Assembly: GCF_035084215.1 (NCBI RefSeq)
Contig: NW_027139612.1
Span: 5,890,001 to 5,954,000 of the forward strand
Length of the DNA: 64,000 nt
Reading direction: 5' to 3'
Source of the DNA: Heptranchias perlo
Taxonomy: Eukaryota
Shown: positions 1 through 15,000 of the stretch, one piece after another
Layout of the letters: each line of letters starts with the position of its first letter
Numbering within the stretch: the first letter of the stretch is position 1
The notes under the pieces: model-generated
Database searches by the model: none
What the model saw: only the letters and a program-made list of their open reading frames with translations
Told to the model about the DNA's origin: nothing
Program-made: the position numbers and the translations under genes

Positions 1-3000
1 TGCAGGCACACGTGTTTGCGTCCGCACATCTGCGGGCACACTTGTTGGCATCCGCACATCTGTACACACGTGTTTGCGTCCGCACATCTGCACTCACACT
101 TGTTTGCGTCCGCAGATCTGCACGCACACATGCTTGCATCCGTATATCTGCAGGCACACGTTTTTGCGTCCGCAGACCTGCAGGGACACGTGTTTGCGTC
201 CGCACATCTGCGGGCACACGTGTTTGCGTCCGCACATCTGCGAGTACACGTGATTGCGTCCGTACATCTGCGGGCTTTACCTGTTTCCGTCCGCACATCT
301 GCGGGCACACGTGTTTGCGTCCGCACATCTGCGGGCCCAGGTGATTGCGTCCGCACATCTGCTGGCACACGTGTTTGCGTCCGCACATCTGCGGGCACAC
401 GTGTTTGCGTCCGCACGTCTGCAGGCATACGTGTTTCCGTCCGCAGATCTGAACGCACAAGTGTTTTCGTCCTCACATCTGCGGGCACACGTGTTTGCGT
501 CCGCACATCTGCGGGCACACGTGGTGCGTCCGCACATCTGCGGGCACACGTGGTGCGTCCGCACATCGGCATTCACACGTGTTTGCGTCCGCACATCTGC
601 GGGCACACGTGCTTGCGTCGGCAGATCTGCGGGCACACGTGTTTGCGTCCGCCCATCTTCGGGTACACGTGTTTGCGTCCGCACATCTGCTGGCACACGT
701 GTTTGCGTCCGCACATCTGCGGGCACACATTCTTGCGTCCGCACATCTGCGGGCACACGTGTTTGTGTCTGCACATCTGCTGGTACATGTGTTTGCGTCC
801 GCACATCTGCGGGCACACGTGCTGCGTCCGCACATCTGCATTCACACGTGTTTGCTTTCGCACATCTGTGGGCACACGTGTTTGTGTCCGCACATCTGCT
901 GGTACATTTGTTTGCATCCGCACATCTGCGCGCACACGTGTTTGCGTCCGCACATCTGGGGGCACACGTGTTTGCGTCCGCACATCTGCTAGCACACGTG
1001 TTTGCGTCCGCACATCTGCGGGCACACGTGTTTGCGTCCGCACATCTGAGGGCAGACGTGTTTCTGTCCGCACATCTGCTGGTACATTTGTTTGCGTCCG
1101 CACATCTGCGAGCACACGTGTTTGCGGACGCACATCTGCGGGCACACGTGTTTGCGTCCGCACATCTGCTCGCACACGTGTTTGCGTCCGCACATTTGCG
1201 GGCACACGTGTTTGTGTCCGCACATCTGCTGGCACACGTGTTTGCGTCCACACATCTGCGGGCACACGTGTTTGCGTCCGCAATCCGCAGGCGCACGTGT
1301 TTGCGTCCGCAGATCTGCACGCACACGTGTTTGCGTCCTCACATCTGCAGGCACACGTGTTCGCACATCTGCAGTCACACGTGTTTGCGTCCGCAGATCT
1401 GCACGCACACGTGCTTGCGTCCGCACATCTTCGACCCACGTGTATGCTTGCGCACATCTGCTGGCACACGTGTTTGCGTCCGCACATCTGCGGGCACACG
1501 TGTTTGCGTCCGCACATCTGCGGGCACACGTGTTTGCGTCCGCACATCTGCGGGCACACGTGTTTGCGTCCGCACATCTGCTAGCACACGTGTTTGCGTC
1601 CGCACATTTGCGGGCACACGTGTTTGCGTCCGCACATCTGCTGGCACACGTGTTTGCGTCCGCACATCTGCGGGCACACGTGTTTGCGTCCGCACATCTG
1701 AGGGCAGACGTGTTTCTGTCCGCACATCTGCTGGTACATTTGTTTGCGTCCGCACATCTGCGAGCACACGTGTTTGCGGACGCACATCTGCGGACACACG
1801 TGTTTGCGTCCGCACATCTGCTTGCACACGTGTTTGCGTCCGCACATTTGCGGGCACACGTGTTTGCGTCCGCACATCTGCTGGCACACGTGTTTGCGTC
1901 CACACATCTGCGGGCACACGTGTTTGCGTCCGCAATCCGCAGGCGCACGTGTTTGCGTCCGCAGATCTGCACGCACACGTTTTTGCGTCCTCACATCTGC
2001 AGGCACACGTGTTCGCACATCTGCAGTCACACGTGTTTGCGTCCGCAGATCTGCACGCACACGTGCTTGCGTCCGCACATCTGCGACCCACGTGTATGCT
2101 TGCGCACATCTGCTGGCACACGTGTTTGCGTCCGCACATCTGCGGGCACACGTGTTTGCGTCCGCACATCTGCGGGCACACGTGTTTGCATCCGCACATC
2201 TGAACGCACAGGTGTTTGCGTCCGCACATCTGAGGGCACACCTGTTTTCGTCCGCACATCTGCGGGCACTTGTGTTTGCGTCCGCACATCTGATTGCACA
2301 AGTATTTGCGTCCGCACATCTGCGGGCACACGTGTTTGCGTCCGCACATCTGCGGGCACACATGTTTGCATCCGCACGTCTGCAGGCATACGTGTTTCCG
2401 TCCGCAGATCTGAACGCACAAGTGTTTTCGTCCTCACATCTGCGGGCACACGTGTTTGCGTCCGCACATCTGCGGGCACACGTGGTGCGTCGGCACATCT
2501 GCATTCACACGTGTTTAGGTCCGCACATCTGCGGGCACACGTGTTTGCGTCCGCACATCTGCGGGCACACGTGGTGCGTCGGCACATCTGCATTTACACG
2601 TGCTTGCGTCCACAGATCTGCGGGCACACGTGCTTGCGTCCCCACATCTACGGTACACGTGTTTTCGTCCGCAAATATGCGGGCACATATGTTTGCGTCC
2701 GCACATCTGATTGCACACGTGTTTGCGTCCGCACATCTGCGGGCACACCTGTTTTCGTCCGCAAATATGCGGGCACATGTGTTTCCGTCCGCACATCTGA
2801 TTGCACACGTGTTTGCGTCCGCACATCTGCGGGCACACGTGTTTGCGTCCGCACATCTGCGGGTACACATGTTTGCGTCCGCACATCTGCGGGCACTCGT
2901 GTTTGCGTCGGCACATCTGCAGGCACACGTGTTTGCGTCCGCACATCTGGGGGCACACGTGTTTGCGTCCGCACGTCTGCAGGCACACGTTTTTGCGTCC

Positions 3001-6000
3001 GCAGATCTGCACGCACACGTGTTTGCGTCCGCACTTCTGCGGGCACACGTGTTTGCGTCCGCACAACTGTGGGCACACGTGTTTGCGTCCGCAGATCTGC
3101 ACGCACACGTGCTTGCGTCCGCAAATCTGCAGGCACACGTATTTCCGTCCGCACATCTGCGGGCAGACGTGATTGCGTCCGCACATCTGCGGGCAAACGT
3201 GTTTGCGTCTGCACATCTGCACTCACACTTGTTTGCGTCCGCGCATCTGCGAGTACACGTGATTGCGTCCGTACATCTGCGGGCTTTACGTGTTTCCGTC
3301 CGCACATCTGCGGGCACACGTGTTTGCATCCGCACATCTGCGGGACCACGTGATTGCGTCCGCACATCTGCTGGCACACGTGTTTGCGTCCGGACATCTG
3401 CGGGCACACGTGTTTGCGTCCGCACGTCTGCAGGCATACGTGTTTCCGTCCGCAGATCTGAACGCACAAGTGTTTTCGTCCTCACATCTGCGGGCACACG
3501 TGTTTGCGTCCGCACATCTGCGGGCACACGTGGTGCGTCCGCACATCTGCGGGCACACGTGGTGCGTCCGCACATCTGCATTCACACGTGTTTGCGTCCG
3601 CACATCTGCGGGCACACGTGCTTGCGTCGGCAGATCTGCGGTCACACGTGTTTGCGTTCGCCCATCTGCGGGTACACGTGTTTGCGTCCGCACATCTGCT
3701 GGCACACGTGTTTGCGTCCGCACATCTGCGGGCACACATTCTTGCGTCCGCACATCTGCGGCCACACGTGTTTGTGTCCGCACATCTGCTGGTACATGTG
3801 TTTGCGTCCGCACATCTGCGGGCACACGTGATGCGTCCGCACATCTGCATTCACACGTGTTTGCTTTCGCACATCTGTGGGCACACGTGTTTGTGTCCGC
3901 ACATCTGCTGGTACATTTGTTTGCATCCGCACATCTGCGAGCACACGTGTTTGCGTCCGCACACCTGGGGGCACACGTGTTTGCGTCCGCACATCTGCTA
4001 GCACACGTGTTTGCGTCCGCACATTTGCGGGCACACGTGTTTGCTTCCGCACATCTGCTGGCACACTTGTTTGCGTCCGCACATCTGCGGGCACACGTGT
4101 TTGCGTCCGCACATCTGCGGGCAGACGTGTTTGTGTCCGCACATCTGCTGGTACATTTGTTTGCGTCCGCACATCTGCGAGCACACGTGTTTGCGTCCGC
4201 ACATGTGCGGGCACACGTGTTTGCGTCCGCACATCTGCTCGCACACGTGTTTGCGTCCACACATTTGCGGGCACACGTGTTTGCGTCCGCACATCTGCTG
4301 GCTCACGTGTTTGCGTCCACACATCTGCTAGCACACGTGTTTGCGTCCGCACATTTGCGGGCACACGTGTTTGCGTCCGCACATCTGCAGGCGCACGTGT
4401 TTGCGTCCGCAGATCTGCAGGCGCACGTGTTTGCGTCCGCAGATCTGCACGCACACGTGTTTGCGTCCTCACATCTGCGGGCACACGTGTTTGCGTCCTC
4501 ACATCTGCAGGCACACGTGTTCGCACATCTGCAGTCACACGTGTTTGCGTCCGCAGATCTGCACGCACATGTGCTTGCGTCCGCACATCTGCGGGCCCAC
4601 GTGTATGCTTCCGCACATCTGCTGGCACACGTGTTTGCGTCCGCACATCTGCGGGCACACGTGTTTGCGTCCGCACATCTGCGTGCACACGTGTTTGCAT
4701 CCTCACATCTGAACGCACAGGTGTTTGCGTCCGCACATCTGCGGGCACACCTGTTTTCGTCCGCACATCTGCGGGCACTTGTGTTTGCGTCCGCACATCT
4801 GATTGCACAAGTATTTGCGTCCGCACATCTGCGGGCACACGTGTTTGCGTCCGCACATCTGCGGGCGCACGTGTTAGCGTCCGCACGTCTGCAGGCATAA
4901 GTATTTCCGTCCGCAGATCTGAACGCACAAGTGTTTTCGTCCTCACATCTGCGGGCACACGTGTTTGCGTGCGCACATCTGCTAGCACACGTGTTTGCGT
5001 CCGCACATCAGCGGGTACATATGCTAACGTCCGCACATCTGCGGGCACCCGTGTTTGCGTCGGCACAACTGCGGGCACACGTGATTGCGTCAACACATCT
5101 GAGGGCACACGTGTTTGCGTCCGCACATCCGCGGGCACACGTGTTTGCGTCCACACGTCCGCAGGCACACGTGTTTGCGTGCGCAGACCTGCACGCACAC
5201 GTGTTTGCGTCCTCACATCTGCGGGCACACGTGTTTGCGTCCGCACATCTGCAGGCACACTTGTTCGCGTCCGCACATCTGCGGGCCCACGTGTATGCAT
5301 CCGCACATCTGCTGGCACACGTGTTTGCGTCCGCACATCTGCGGGCACACGTGTTTGCGTCCGCACATCTGCGGGCACACGTGTTTGCATCCGCATATCT
5401 GAACGCACAGGTTTTTGCATCCGCACATCTGCGGGCACACGTGTTTGCGTCCGCACATCTGTGGGCAATTGTGTTTGCGTCCGCACATCTGATTGCACAC
5501 GTGTTTCCGTTCGCACATCTGCGGGCACACGTGTTTGCGTCCGCACATCTGCGGGCACCCGTGTTTGCGTCGGCACATCTGCGGGCACCCGTGTTTGCGT
5601 CCGCACATCTGCGGGCACACGTTTTTGCGTCCGCACATCTGCGGGCACACGTTTTTACGTCCGCACATCTGCACGCACACGTGTTTGCGTCCTCACTTCT
5701 GCGGGCACACGTGTTTGCGTCCGCACATCTGCGGGCACACGTGTTTCCGTCAGCACATCTGCGGGCAGACGTGATTGCGTCCGCACATGTGCAGGCACAC
5801 GTGTTTGCGTCCGCACATCTGTGGGCACACTTGTTGGCATCCGCACATCTGTACACACGTGTTTGCGTCCGCACATCTGCACTCACACTTGCTTGCGTCC
5901 GCAGATCTGCACGCACACATGCTTGCATCCGTATATCTGCAGGCACACGTTTTTGCGTCCGCAGACCTGCACGGACACGTGTTTGCGTCCGCAAATCTGC

Positions 6001-9000
6001 GGGCACACGTGTTTGCGTCCGCACATCTGCGAGTACACGTGATTGCGTCCGCACATCTGCGGGCTTTACGTGTTTGCGTCCGCACATCTGCGGGCACACG
6101 TGCTTGCGTCCGCACATCTGCGAGTACACGTGATTGCGTCCGCACATCTGCGGGCTTTACGTGTTTGCGTCCGCACATCTGCGGGCACACGTGTTTGCGT
6201 CCGCACATCTGCGGTCACTCGTGTTTGCGTCCGCACATCTGCGGGCCCACCTGTTTGCGTCTTCACATCTGCTGGCACACGAGTTTGCGTCCGCACATCT
6301 GCGGGCACTAGAGTTTGCGTCCGCACATCTGCGGGCACTCGTGTTTGCGTCCGCACATCTGCGGGCCCACGTGTATGCGTCCGCACATCTGCTGGCACAC
6401 GTGTTTGCGTCCGCACATCTGCGGGCACACCTGTTTTCGTCCGCACATCTGCCGGCACACGTGTTTGCGTCCGCACATCCGATTGCACAAGTGTTTGCGT
6501 CCGCATATCTGCGGGCACACGTGTTTGCGTCCTCACATCTGCGGGTACACATGCTAACGTCCGCACATCTGCTGGCACCCGTGTTTGCGTCGGCACATCT
6601 GCGGGCACACGTGTTTACGTCCGCACATCTGCGGGCACACGTGTATGCGTCCGCACATCTGCAGGCACACGTGTTCGCACATCTGCGGGCACACGTGTTT
6701 GCCTCCGCAGATCTGCACGCACACGTGCTTGCGTCCGCACTTCTGCGGGCCAACGTGTATGCGTCCGCACAACTGCGGGCACACGTGTTTGCGTCGGCAC
6801 AACTGCGGGCACACGTGCTTGCGTCCGCACATCTGCGGGCACACGTGTATGCGTCCGCACGTCTGCGAGCACACGTGTATGCGTCCGCACATCTGCGGGC
6901 ACACGTGTTTGCGTCCGCACATCTGCTAGCACACGTGTTTGCGTCCGCACTTCAGCGGGTACACATGCTAACGTCCGCACATCTGCTGGCACCCGTGTTT
7001 GCGTCGGCACATCTGCGGGCACACGTGTTTGCGTCCGCACATCTGCGGGCACACGTGTTTGCGTCCGCACATCTGCTGGCACACGTGTTTGCGTCCGCTC
7101 ATCTGCGGTCACACATTCTTGCGTCCGCACATCTGCATTCACACGTGTTTGCGTCCGCACATCTGCGGGCACACGTGTTTGCGTCCGCACAACTGCGGGC
7201 ACACGTGATTGCGTCCGCACATCTGAGGGCACACGTGTTTGCGTCCGCACATCCGCGGGCACACGTGTTTGCGTCCACACGTCCGCAGGCACACGTGTTT
7301 GAGTCCGCAGATCTGCACGCACACGTGTTTGCGTCCTCACATCTGCGGGCACATGTGTTTGCGTCCGCACATCTGCAGGCACACGTGTTCGCGTTCGCAC
7401 ATCTGCAGTCACACGTGTTTGCGTCCGCAGATCTGCATGCACACGTGCTTGCGTCCGCACATCTGCGGGCCCACGTGTATGCATCCGCACATCTGCTGGC
7501 ACACGTGTTTGCGTCCGCACATCTGCGGCACACGTGTTTGCGTCCGCACATCTGCGGGCACACGTGTTTGCGTCCGCACATCTGCGGGCACACGTGTTTG
7601 CATCCGCACATCTGCGGGCACACATGTTTGCGTCCGCACATCTGTGGGCAATTGTGTTTGCGTCCGCACATCTGATTGCACACGTGTTTCCGTCAGCACA
7701 TCTGTGGGCAGACGTGATTGCGTCCGCACATCTGCAGGCACACGTGTTTGCGTCCGCACATCTGCGGGCACACTTGTTGGCATCCGCACATCTGTACACA
7801 CGTGTTTGCGTCCGCACATCTGCACTCACACTTGTTTGCGTCCGCAGATCTGCACGCACACATGCTTGCATCCGTATATCTGCAGGCACACGTTTTTGCG
7901 TCCGCAGACCTGCACGGACACGTGTTTGCGTCCGCACATCTGCGGGCACACGTGTTTGCGTCCGCACATCTGCGGTCACTCGTGTTTGCGTCCGCACATC
8001 TGCGGGCCCACCTGTTTGCGTCCGCACATCTGCTGGCACACGAGTTTTCGTCCGCACATCTGCGGGCATTAGTGTTTGCGTCCGCACATCTGCGGGCACT
8101 AGTGTTTGCGTCCGCACATCTGCGGGCACACGTGTTTGCATGCACACATCTGAACGCACACGTGTTTGAGTCCGCACATCTGCGGGCACACATGTTTGCG
8201 TCCGCACATCTGCGGGTTCACATGTTTGCATCCGCACATCTGCGGGCACACGTGTTTGCGACCGCACATCTGCGGGCACACGTGTTTGCGTCCGCACATC
8301 TGCGGGCACACGTGTATGCGTCCGCACATCTGCAGGCACACGTTTTTGCCTCCGCACATCTGCTGGCACACGTGTTTGCTTCCGCACAACTGTGGGCACA
8401 CGTGTTTGCGTCAGCACATCTGCAGTCGCACGTGTTTGCGTCCGTACATCTGCGAGCACACGTGGTTGCGTCTGCACATCTGCAGGCACACATGTTTGCG
8501 TCCGCACATCTGCACGCACCCGTGTTTGCGTCCTCACATCTTCTGGCACACGTGTTTGCGTCCGCACACCTGCGGGCACACGTGTTTGCGTCCGCACATC
8601 TGCAGGCACATGTGTTTGCATCCGCAGTTCTGCACGCACACGTGCTTGCGTCCGCAAATCTGCAGACACAGGGGTTTCCGTCTGCACATCTACGTGCACA
8701 AGTGATTGCGTCCGCACATCTGCGGGCCCACGTGTATGCATCCGCACATCTGCTGGCACACGTGTTTGCGTCCGCACATCTGCGGCACAAGTGATTGCGT
8801 CCGCACATCTGCGGGCACACGTGTTTGCGTCCGCACATCTGCGGACACACGTGTTAGCGTTCGCACATCTGCGGACAGAAGTGATTGCGTCCGCACATCT
8901 GCGTGCACACGTGTTTGCGTCCGCACATCTGCGTGCACACGTGTTTACGTCCGCACATCTGCGGGCACACGTGTTTGCGTCCGCACATCTGCAGTCACAC

Positions 9001-12000
9001 GTGTTTGCGTCCGTACATCTGCGAGCACACGTGTTTGCGTCTGAACATCTGCAGGCACACGTGTTTACGTCCGCACATCTGCACACACACGTGTTTGCGT
9101 CCTTACATCTTCGGGCACACGTGCTTGCGTCCGCACACCTGCGGGCACACGAGTTTGCGCCCGCACATCTGCGGGCACACGTGTTTGCGTCCGGACATCT
9201 GCGAGCACACGTGTTTGCGTCCGCACATCTGCAGGCACATGTGTTTGCGACCGCATATCTGCACGCACATGTGTTTGCATCCGCACATCTTCGGGCACAC
9301 GAGTTTGCGTCCGCACATCTGCGAGCACACGTGTTTGCGTCCGCACATCTGCAGGCACACGTGTTTGCATCCGGACATATGCACGCACATATGTTTGCAT
9401 CCGCACATCTACGGGCACACGTGTTTGCGTCCGCACATCTGCGGGCACACGTGTTAGCGTCTGCACATCTGCGGGCAAACGTGTTTGCGTCTGCACATCT
9501 GCGGGCACACGTGTTTGCGTCCGAACATCTGCAGGCACACGTGTATCCATCCGCACATCTGCACGCACAAGTGTTTGCGTCCGCACATCTGCAGGAACAC
9601 GTGTTTGTGTCTGCACATCTGCACGCACACATGTTTGCGTCCGCACATCTGCATGTACACCTGTTTGCGTCCGCACATCTGCAAGCACGCGTGTTTGCGT
9701 CCGCACATCTGCATGCACACTTGATTGCGTCCGCACATCTGCTCGCACACGTGTTAGCCTCTGCACATCTGCAGGCACACGTGTTTGCGTCTGCACTTCT
9801 GCGGGCACACGTGTTTGCGTCCTCACATCTGCGGGCACGCGTGTTTGCGTCCGCACATCTGCGGGCACGCGTGTTTGCGTCCGCACATCTGCGGGCACAC
9901 GTGCTTGCGTCCGCACATCTGCAGGCACACGTGTTTGCGACCGCGCATCTGCAGGCACACGTGTATCCGTCCGCACATCTGCACGCACAAGTGTTTGCGT
10001 CCGCACATCTGCAGGCACACGTGTTTGCGTCCGCACATCTGCGTGCACACGTGTTTGCGTCCGCACGTCTGCGGGCACAATTGTTTACGTCCGCACATCT
10101 GCTGGCACATGTGTTTGCGATCACACATCTGCGGGAACACCAGTTTGCATCCGCACATCTGCGGGCACACGTGTTTTCGTTCACAAATCTGCGGTCACAC
10201 CTATTTGCGTCCGCACATCTGCGGGCTCACGTGTTTGCGTCTGCACATCTGCGGGCACATGTGTTTGTGTCCGCACATCTGCTGCTACATGTGTTTGCGT
10301 CCGCACATCTGCAGGCACATGTGTTTGCATCCGCAGTTCTGCACGCTCACGTGCTTGCGTCCGCAAATCTGCAGACACAGGGGTTTCCGTCTGCACATCT
10401 ACGGGCACAAGTGATTCCGTCTGCACATCTGCGGGCACACGTGTTTGCATCCGCACATCTGCTGGCACACGTGTTTGCGTCCGCACATCTGCGGCACACG
10501 TGTTTGCGTCCGCACATCTGCGGGCACACGTGTTTGCGTCCGCGCATCTGCGGGCACACGTGTTTGCATCCGCACATCTGCGGGCACACATGTTTGCGTC
10601 CGCACATCTGTGGGCAATTGTGTTTGCGTCCGCACATCTGATTGCACACGTGTTTCCGTTCGCACATCTGCGGGCACACGTGTTTGCGTCCGCACATCTG
10701 CGGGCACACGTGTTTCCGTCAGCACATCTGTGGGCAGACGTGATTGCGTCCGCACATCTGCAGGCACACGTGTTTGCGTCCGCACATCTGCGGGCACACT
10801 TGTTGGCATCCGCACATCTGTACACACGTGTTTGCGTCCGCACATCTGCACTCACACTTGTTTGCGTCCGCAGATCTGCACGCACACCTGCTTGCATCCG
10901 TATATCTGCAGGCACACGTTTTTGCGTCCGCAGACCTGCACGGACACGTGTTTGCGTCCGCACATCTGCGGGCACACGTGTTTGCGTCCGCACATCTGCG
11001 GTCACTCGTGTTTGCGTCCGCACATCTGCGGGCCCACCTGTTTGCGTCCGCACATCTGCTGGCACACGAGTATTTGTCCGCACATCTGCGGGCATTAGTG
11101 TTTACGTCCGCACATCTGCGGGCACTAGTGTTTGCGTCCGCACATCTGCGGGCACACGTGTTTGCATGCACACATCTGAACGCACACGTGTTTGAGTCCG
11201 CACATCTGCGGGCACACATGTTTGCGTCCGCACATCTGCGGGTTCACATGTTTGCATCCGCACATCTGCGGGCACACGTGTTTGCGACCGCACATCTGCG
11301 GGCACACGTGTTTGCGTCCGCACATCTGCGGGCACACGTGTATGCGTCCGCACATCTGCAGGCACACGTTTTTGCCTCCGCACATCTGCTGGCACACGTG
11401 TTTGCTTCCGCACAACTGTGGGCACACGTGTTTGCGTCTGCACATCTGCGGTCGCACGTGTTTGCGTCCGTACATCTGCGAGCACACGTGGTTGCGTCTG
11501 CACATCTGCAGGCACACATGTTTGCGTCCGCACATCTGCACGCACACGTGTTTGCGTCCTCACATCTTCTGGCACACGTGTTTGCGTCCGCACACCTGCG
11601 GGCACACGTGTTTGCGTCCGCACATCTGCAGGCACATGTGTTTGCATCCGCAGTTCTGCACGCACACGTGCTTGCGTCCGCAAATCTGCAGACACAGGGG
11701 TTTCCGTCTGCACATCTACGTGCACAAGTGATTGCGTCCGCACATCTGCGGGCACACGTGTTTGCGTCCGCACATCTGCGGACACACGTGTTAGCGTTCG
11801 CACATCTGCGGACAGAAGTGATTGCGTCCGCACATCTGCGTGCACACGTGTTTGCGTCCGCACATCTGCGTGCACACGTGTTTACGTCCGCACATCTGCG
11901 GGCACACGTGTTTGCGTCCGCACATCTGCAGTCACACGTGTTTGCGTCCGTACATCTGCGAGCACACGTGTTTGCGTCTGAACATCTGCAGGCACACGTG

Positions 12001-15000
12001 TTTACGTCCGCACATCTGCACACACACGTGTTTGCGTCCTTACATCTTCGGGCACACGTGCTTGCGTCCGCACACCTGCGGGCACACGAGTTTGCGCCCG
12101 CACATCTGCGGGCACACGTGTTTGCGTCCGGACATCTGCGAGCACACGTGTTTGCGTCCGCACATCTGCAGGCACATGTGTTTGCGACCGCATATCTGCA
12201 CGCACATGTGTTTGCATCCGCACATCTTCGGGCACACGAGTTTGCGTCCGCACATCTGCGAGCACACGTGTTTGCGTCCGCACATCTGCAGGCACACGTG
12301 TTTGCATCCGGACATATGCACGCACATATGTTTGCATCCGCACATCTACGGGCACACGTGTTTGCGTCCGCACATCTGCGGGCACACGTGTTAGCGTCCG
12401 CACATCTGCGGGCAAACGTGTTTGCGTCTGCACATCTGCGGGCACACGTGTTTGCGTCCGAACATCTGCAGGCACACGTGTATCCATCCGCACATCTGCA
12501 CGCACAAGTGTTTGCGTCCGCACATCTGCAGGAACACGTGTTTGTGTCTGCACATCTGCACGCACACATGTTTGCGTCCGCACATCTGCATGTACACCTG
12601 TTTGCGTCCGCACATCTGCAAGCACGCGTGTTTGCGTCCGCACATCTGCATGCACACTTGATTGCGTCCGCACATCTGCTCGCACACGTGTTAGCCTCTG
12701 CACATCTGCAGGCACACGTGTTTGCGTCTGCACTTCTGCGGGCACACGTGTTTGCGTCCTCACATCTGCGGGCACGCGTGTTTGCGTCCGCACATTTGCG
12801 GGCACGCGTGTTTGCGTCCGCACATCTGCGGGCACACGTGCTTGCGTCCGCACATCTGCAGGCACACGTGTTTGCGACCGCGCATCTGCAGGCACACGTG
12901 TATCCGTCCGCACATCTGCACGCACAAGTGTTTGCGTCCGCACATCTGCAGGCACACGTGTTTGCGTCCGCACATCTGCGTGCACACGTGTTTGCGTCCG
13001 CACGTCTGCGGGCACAATTGTTTACGTCCGCACATCTGCTGGCACATGTGTTTGCGATCACACATCTGCGGGAACACCAGTTTGCATCCGCACATCTGCG
13101 GGCACACGTGTTTTCGTTCACAAATCTGCGGTCACACCTATTTGCGTCCGCACATCTGCGGGCTCACGTGTTTGCGTCTGCACATCTGCGGGCACATGTG
13201 TTTGTGTCCGCACATCTGCTGGTACATGTGTTTGCGTCCGCACATCTGCAGGCACATGTGTTTGCATCCGCAGTTCTGCACGCTCACGTGCTTGCGTCCG
13301 CAAATCTGCAGACACAGGGGTTTCCGTCTGCACATCTACGGGCACAAGTGATTCCGTCTGCACATCTGCGGGCACACGTGTTTGCGTCCGCACATCTGCG
13401 GACACACGTGTCAGCGTTCGCAAATCTGCGGACAGAAGTGATTGCGTCCGCACATCTGCGTGCACACGAGTTTGCGTCCGCACATCTGCGTGCACACGTG
13501 TTTACGTCCGCACATCTGCGGGCACACGTGTTTGTGTCCGCACATCTGCAGTCACACGTGTTTGCGTCCGTACATCTGCGAGCACACGTGTTTGCGTCTG
13601 AACATCTGCAGGCATACGTGTTTACGTCCGCACATCTGCACTCACACGTTCTTGCGTCCGCACATCTGCAGGCACACGTGTTTGCGTCAGCAGATCTGCA
13701 CGCACACGTGTTTGCGTCCTTACATCTTCGGGCAGACGTGCTTGCGTCTGCACACCTGCGGGCACACGTGTTTGCGTCCGCACATCTGCAGGCACATGTG
13801 TTTGCATCCGCAGTTCTGCACGCACACGTGCTTGCGTCCGCACATCTGCAGACACACGGGTTTCCGTCTGCATATCTGCGGGCACAAGTGATTGCGTCCG
13901 CACATTTGCGGGCACACGTGTATCAGTCCGCACATCTGCACAAACAAGTGTTTGCGTCCGCACATCTGCAGGAACACGTGCTTGTGTCTGCACATCTGCA
14001 CGCACACATGTTTGCGTCCGCACATCTGCATGCACACCTGTTTGCGTCCGCACATCTGCAAGCACGCGTGTTTGCGTCCGCACATCTGCAAGCACACTTG
14101 ATTGGGTCCGCACATCTGCTCGCACACGTGTTTGCGTCCGCACTTCTGCGGGCACGCGTGTTTGCGTCCTCACATCTGCGGGCACGCGTGTTTGCGTCCG
14201 CACATCTGCGGGCACGCGTGTTTGCGTCCGCACATCTGCAGGCACACGTGTTTGCGACCGCGCATCTGCAGGCACACGTGTATCCGTCCGCACATCTGCA
14301 CGCACAAGTGTTTGCGTCCGCACATCTGCAGGCACACGTGTTTGCGTCAGCACATCTGCGTGCACACGTGTTTGCGTCCGCACGTCTGCGGGCACAATTG
14401 TTTACGTCCGCACATCTGCTGGCACATGTGTCTGCGTCCGCAAATCTGCGGGCACACTTGTTTGCGATCACACATCTGCGGGAACACCAGCTTGCATCCG
14501 CACATCTGCGGGCACACGTGTTTGCGTTCACAAATCTGCGGGCACACCTATTTGCGTCCGCACATCTGCGGGCACATGTGTTTGTGTCCGCACATCTGCT
14601 GGTACATGTGTTTGCGTCCGCACATCTGCGGGCACACGTGCTGCGTCCGCACATCTGCATTCACACGTGTTTGTGTCCGCACATCTGCGGGCACACGTGT
14701 TTGTGTCAACACATCTGCGAGCACACGTGTTTGCGTCCGCACATCTGCGGGCACACGTGTTTGCGTCCGCACATCTGCGGGCACACGTGTTTGCGTCGGC
14801 ACAACTGCGGGCACACGTGTTTGCGTCCGCACATCTGCGGGCACACGTGTATGCGTCCGCACATCTGCGGGCACACGTGTTTGCGTCGGCAAGTCCGCAG
14901 GCGCACGTGTTTGCTTCCGCAGATCTGCACGCACACGTGTTTGCGTCCTCACATCTGCGGGCACACATGTTTGCTTCCGCACATCTGCAGGCACACGTGT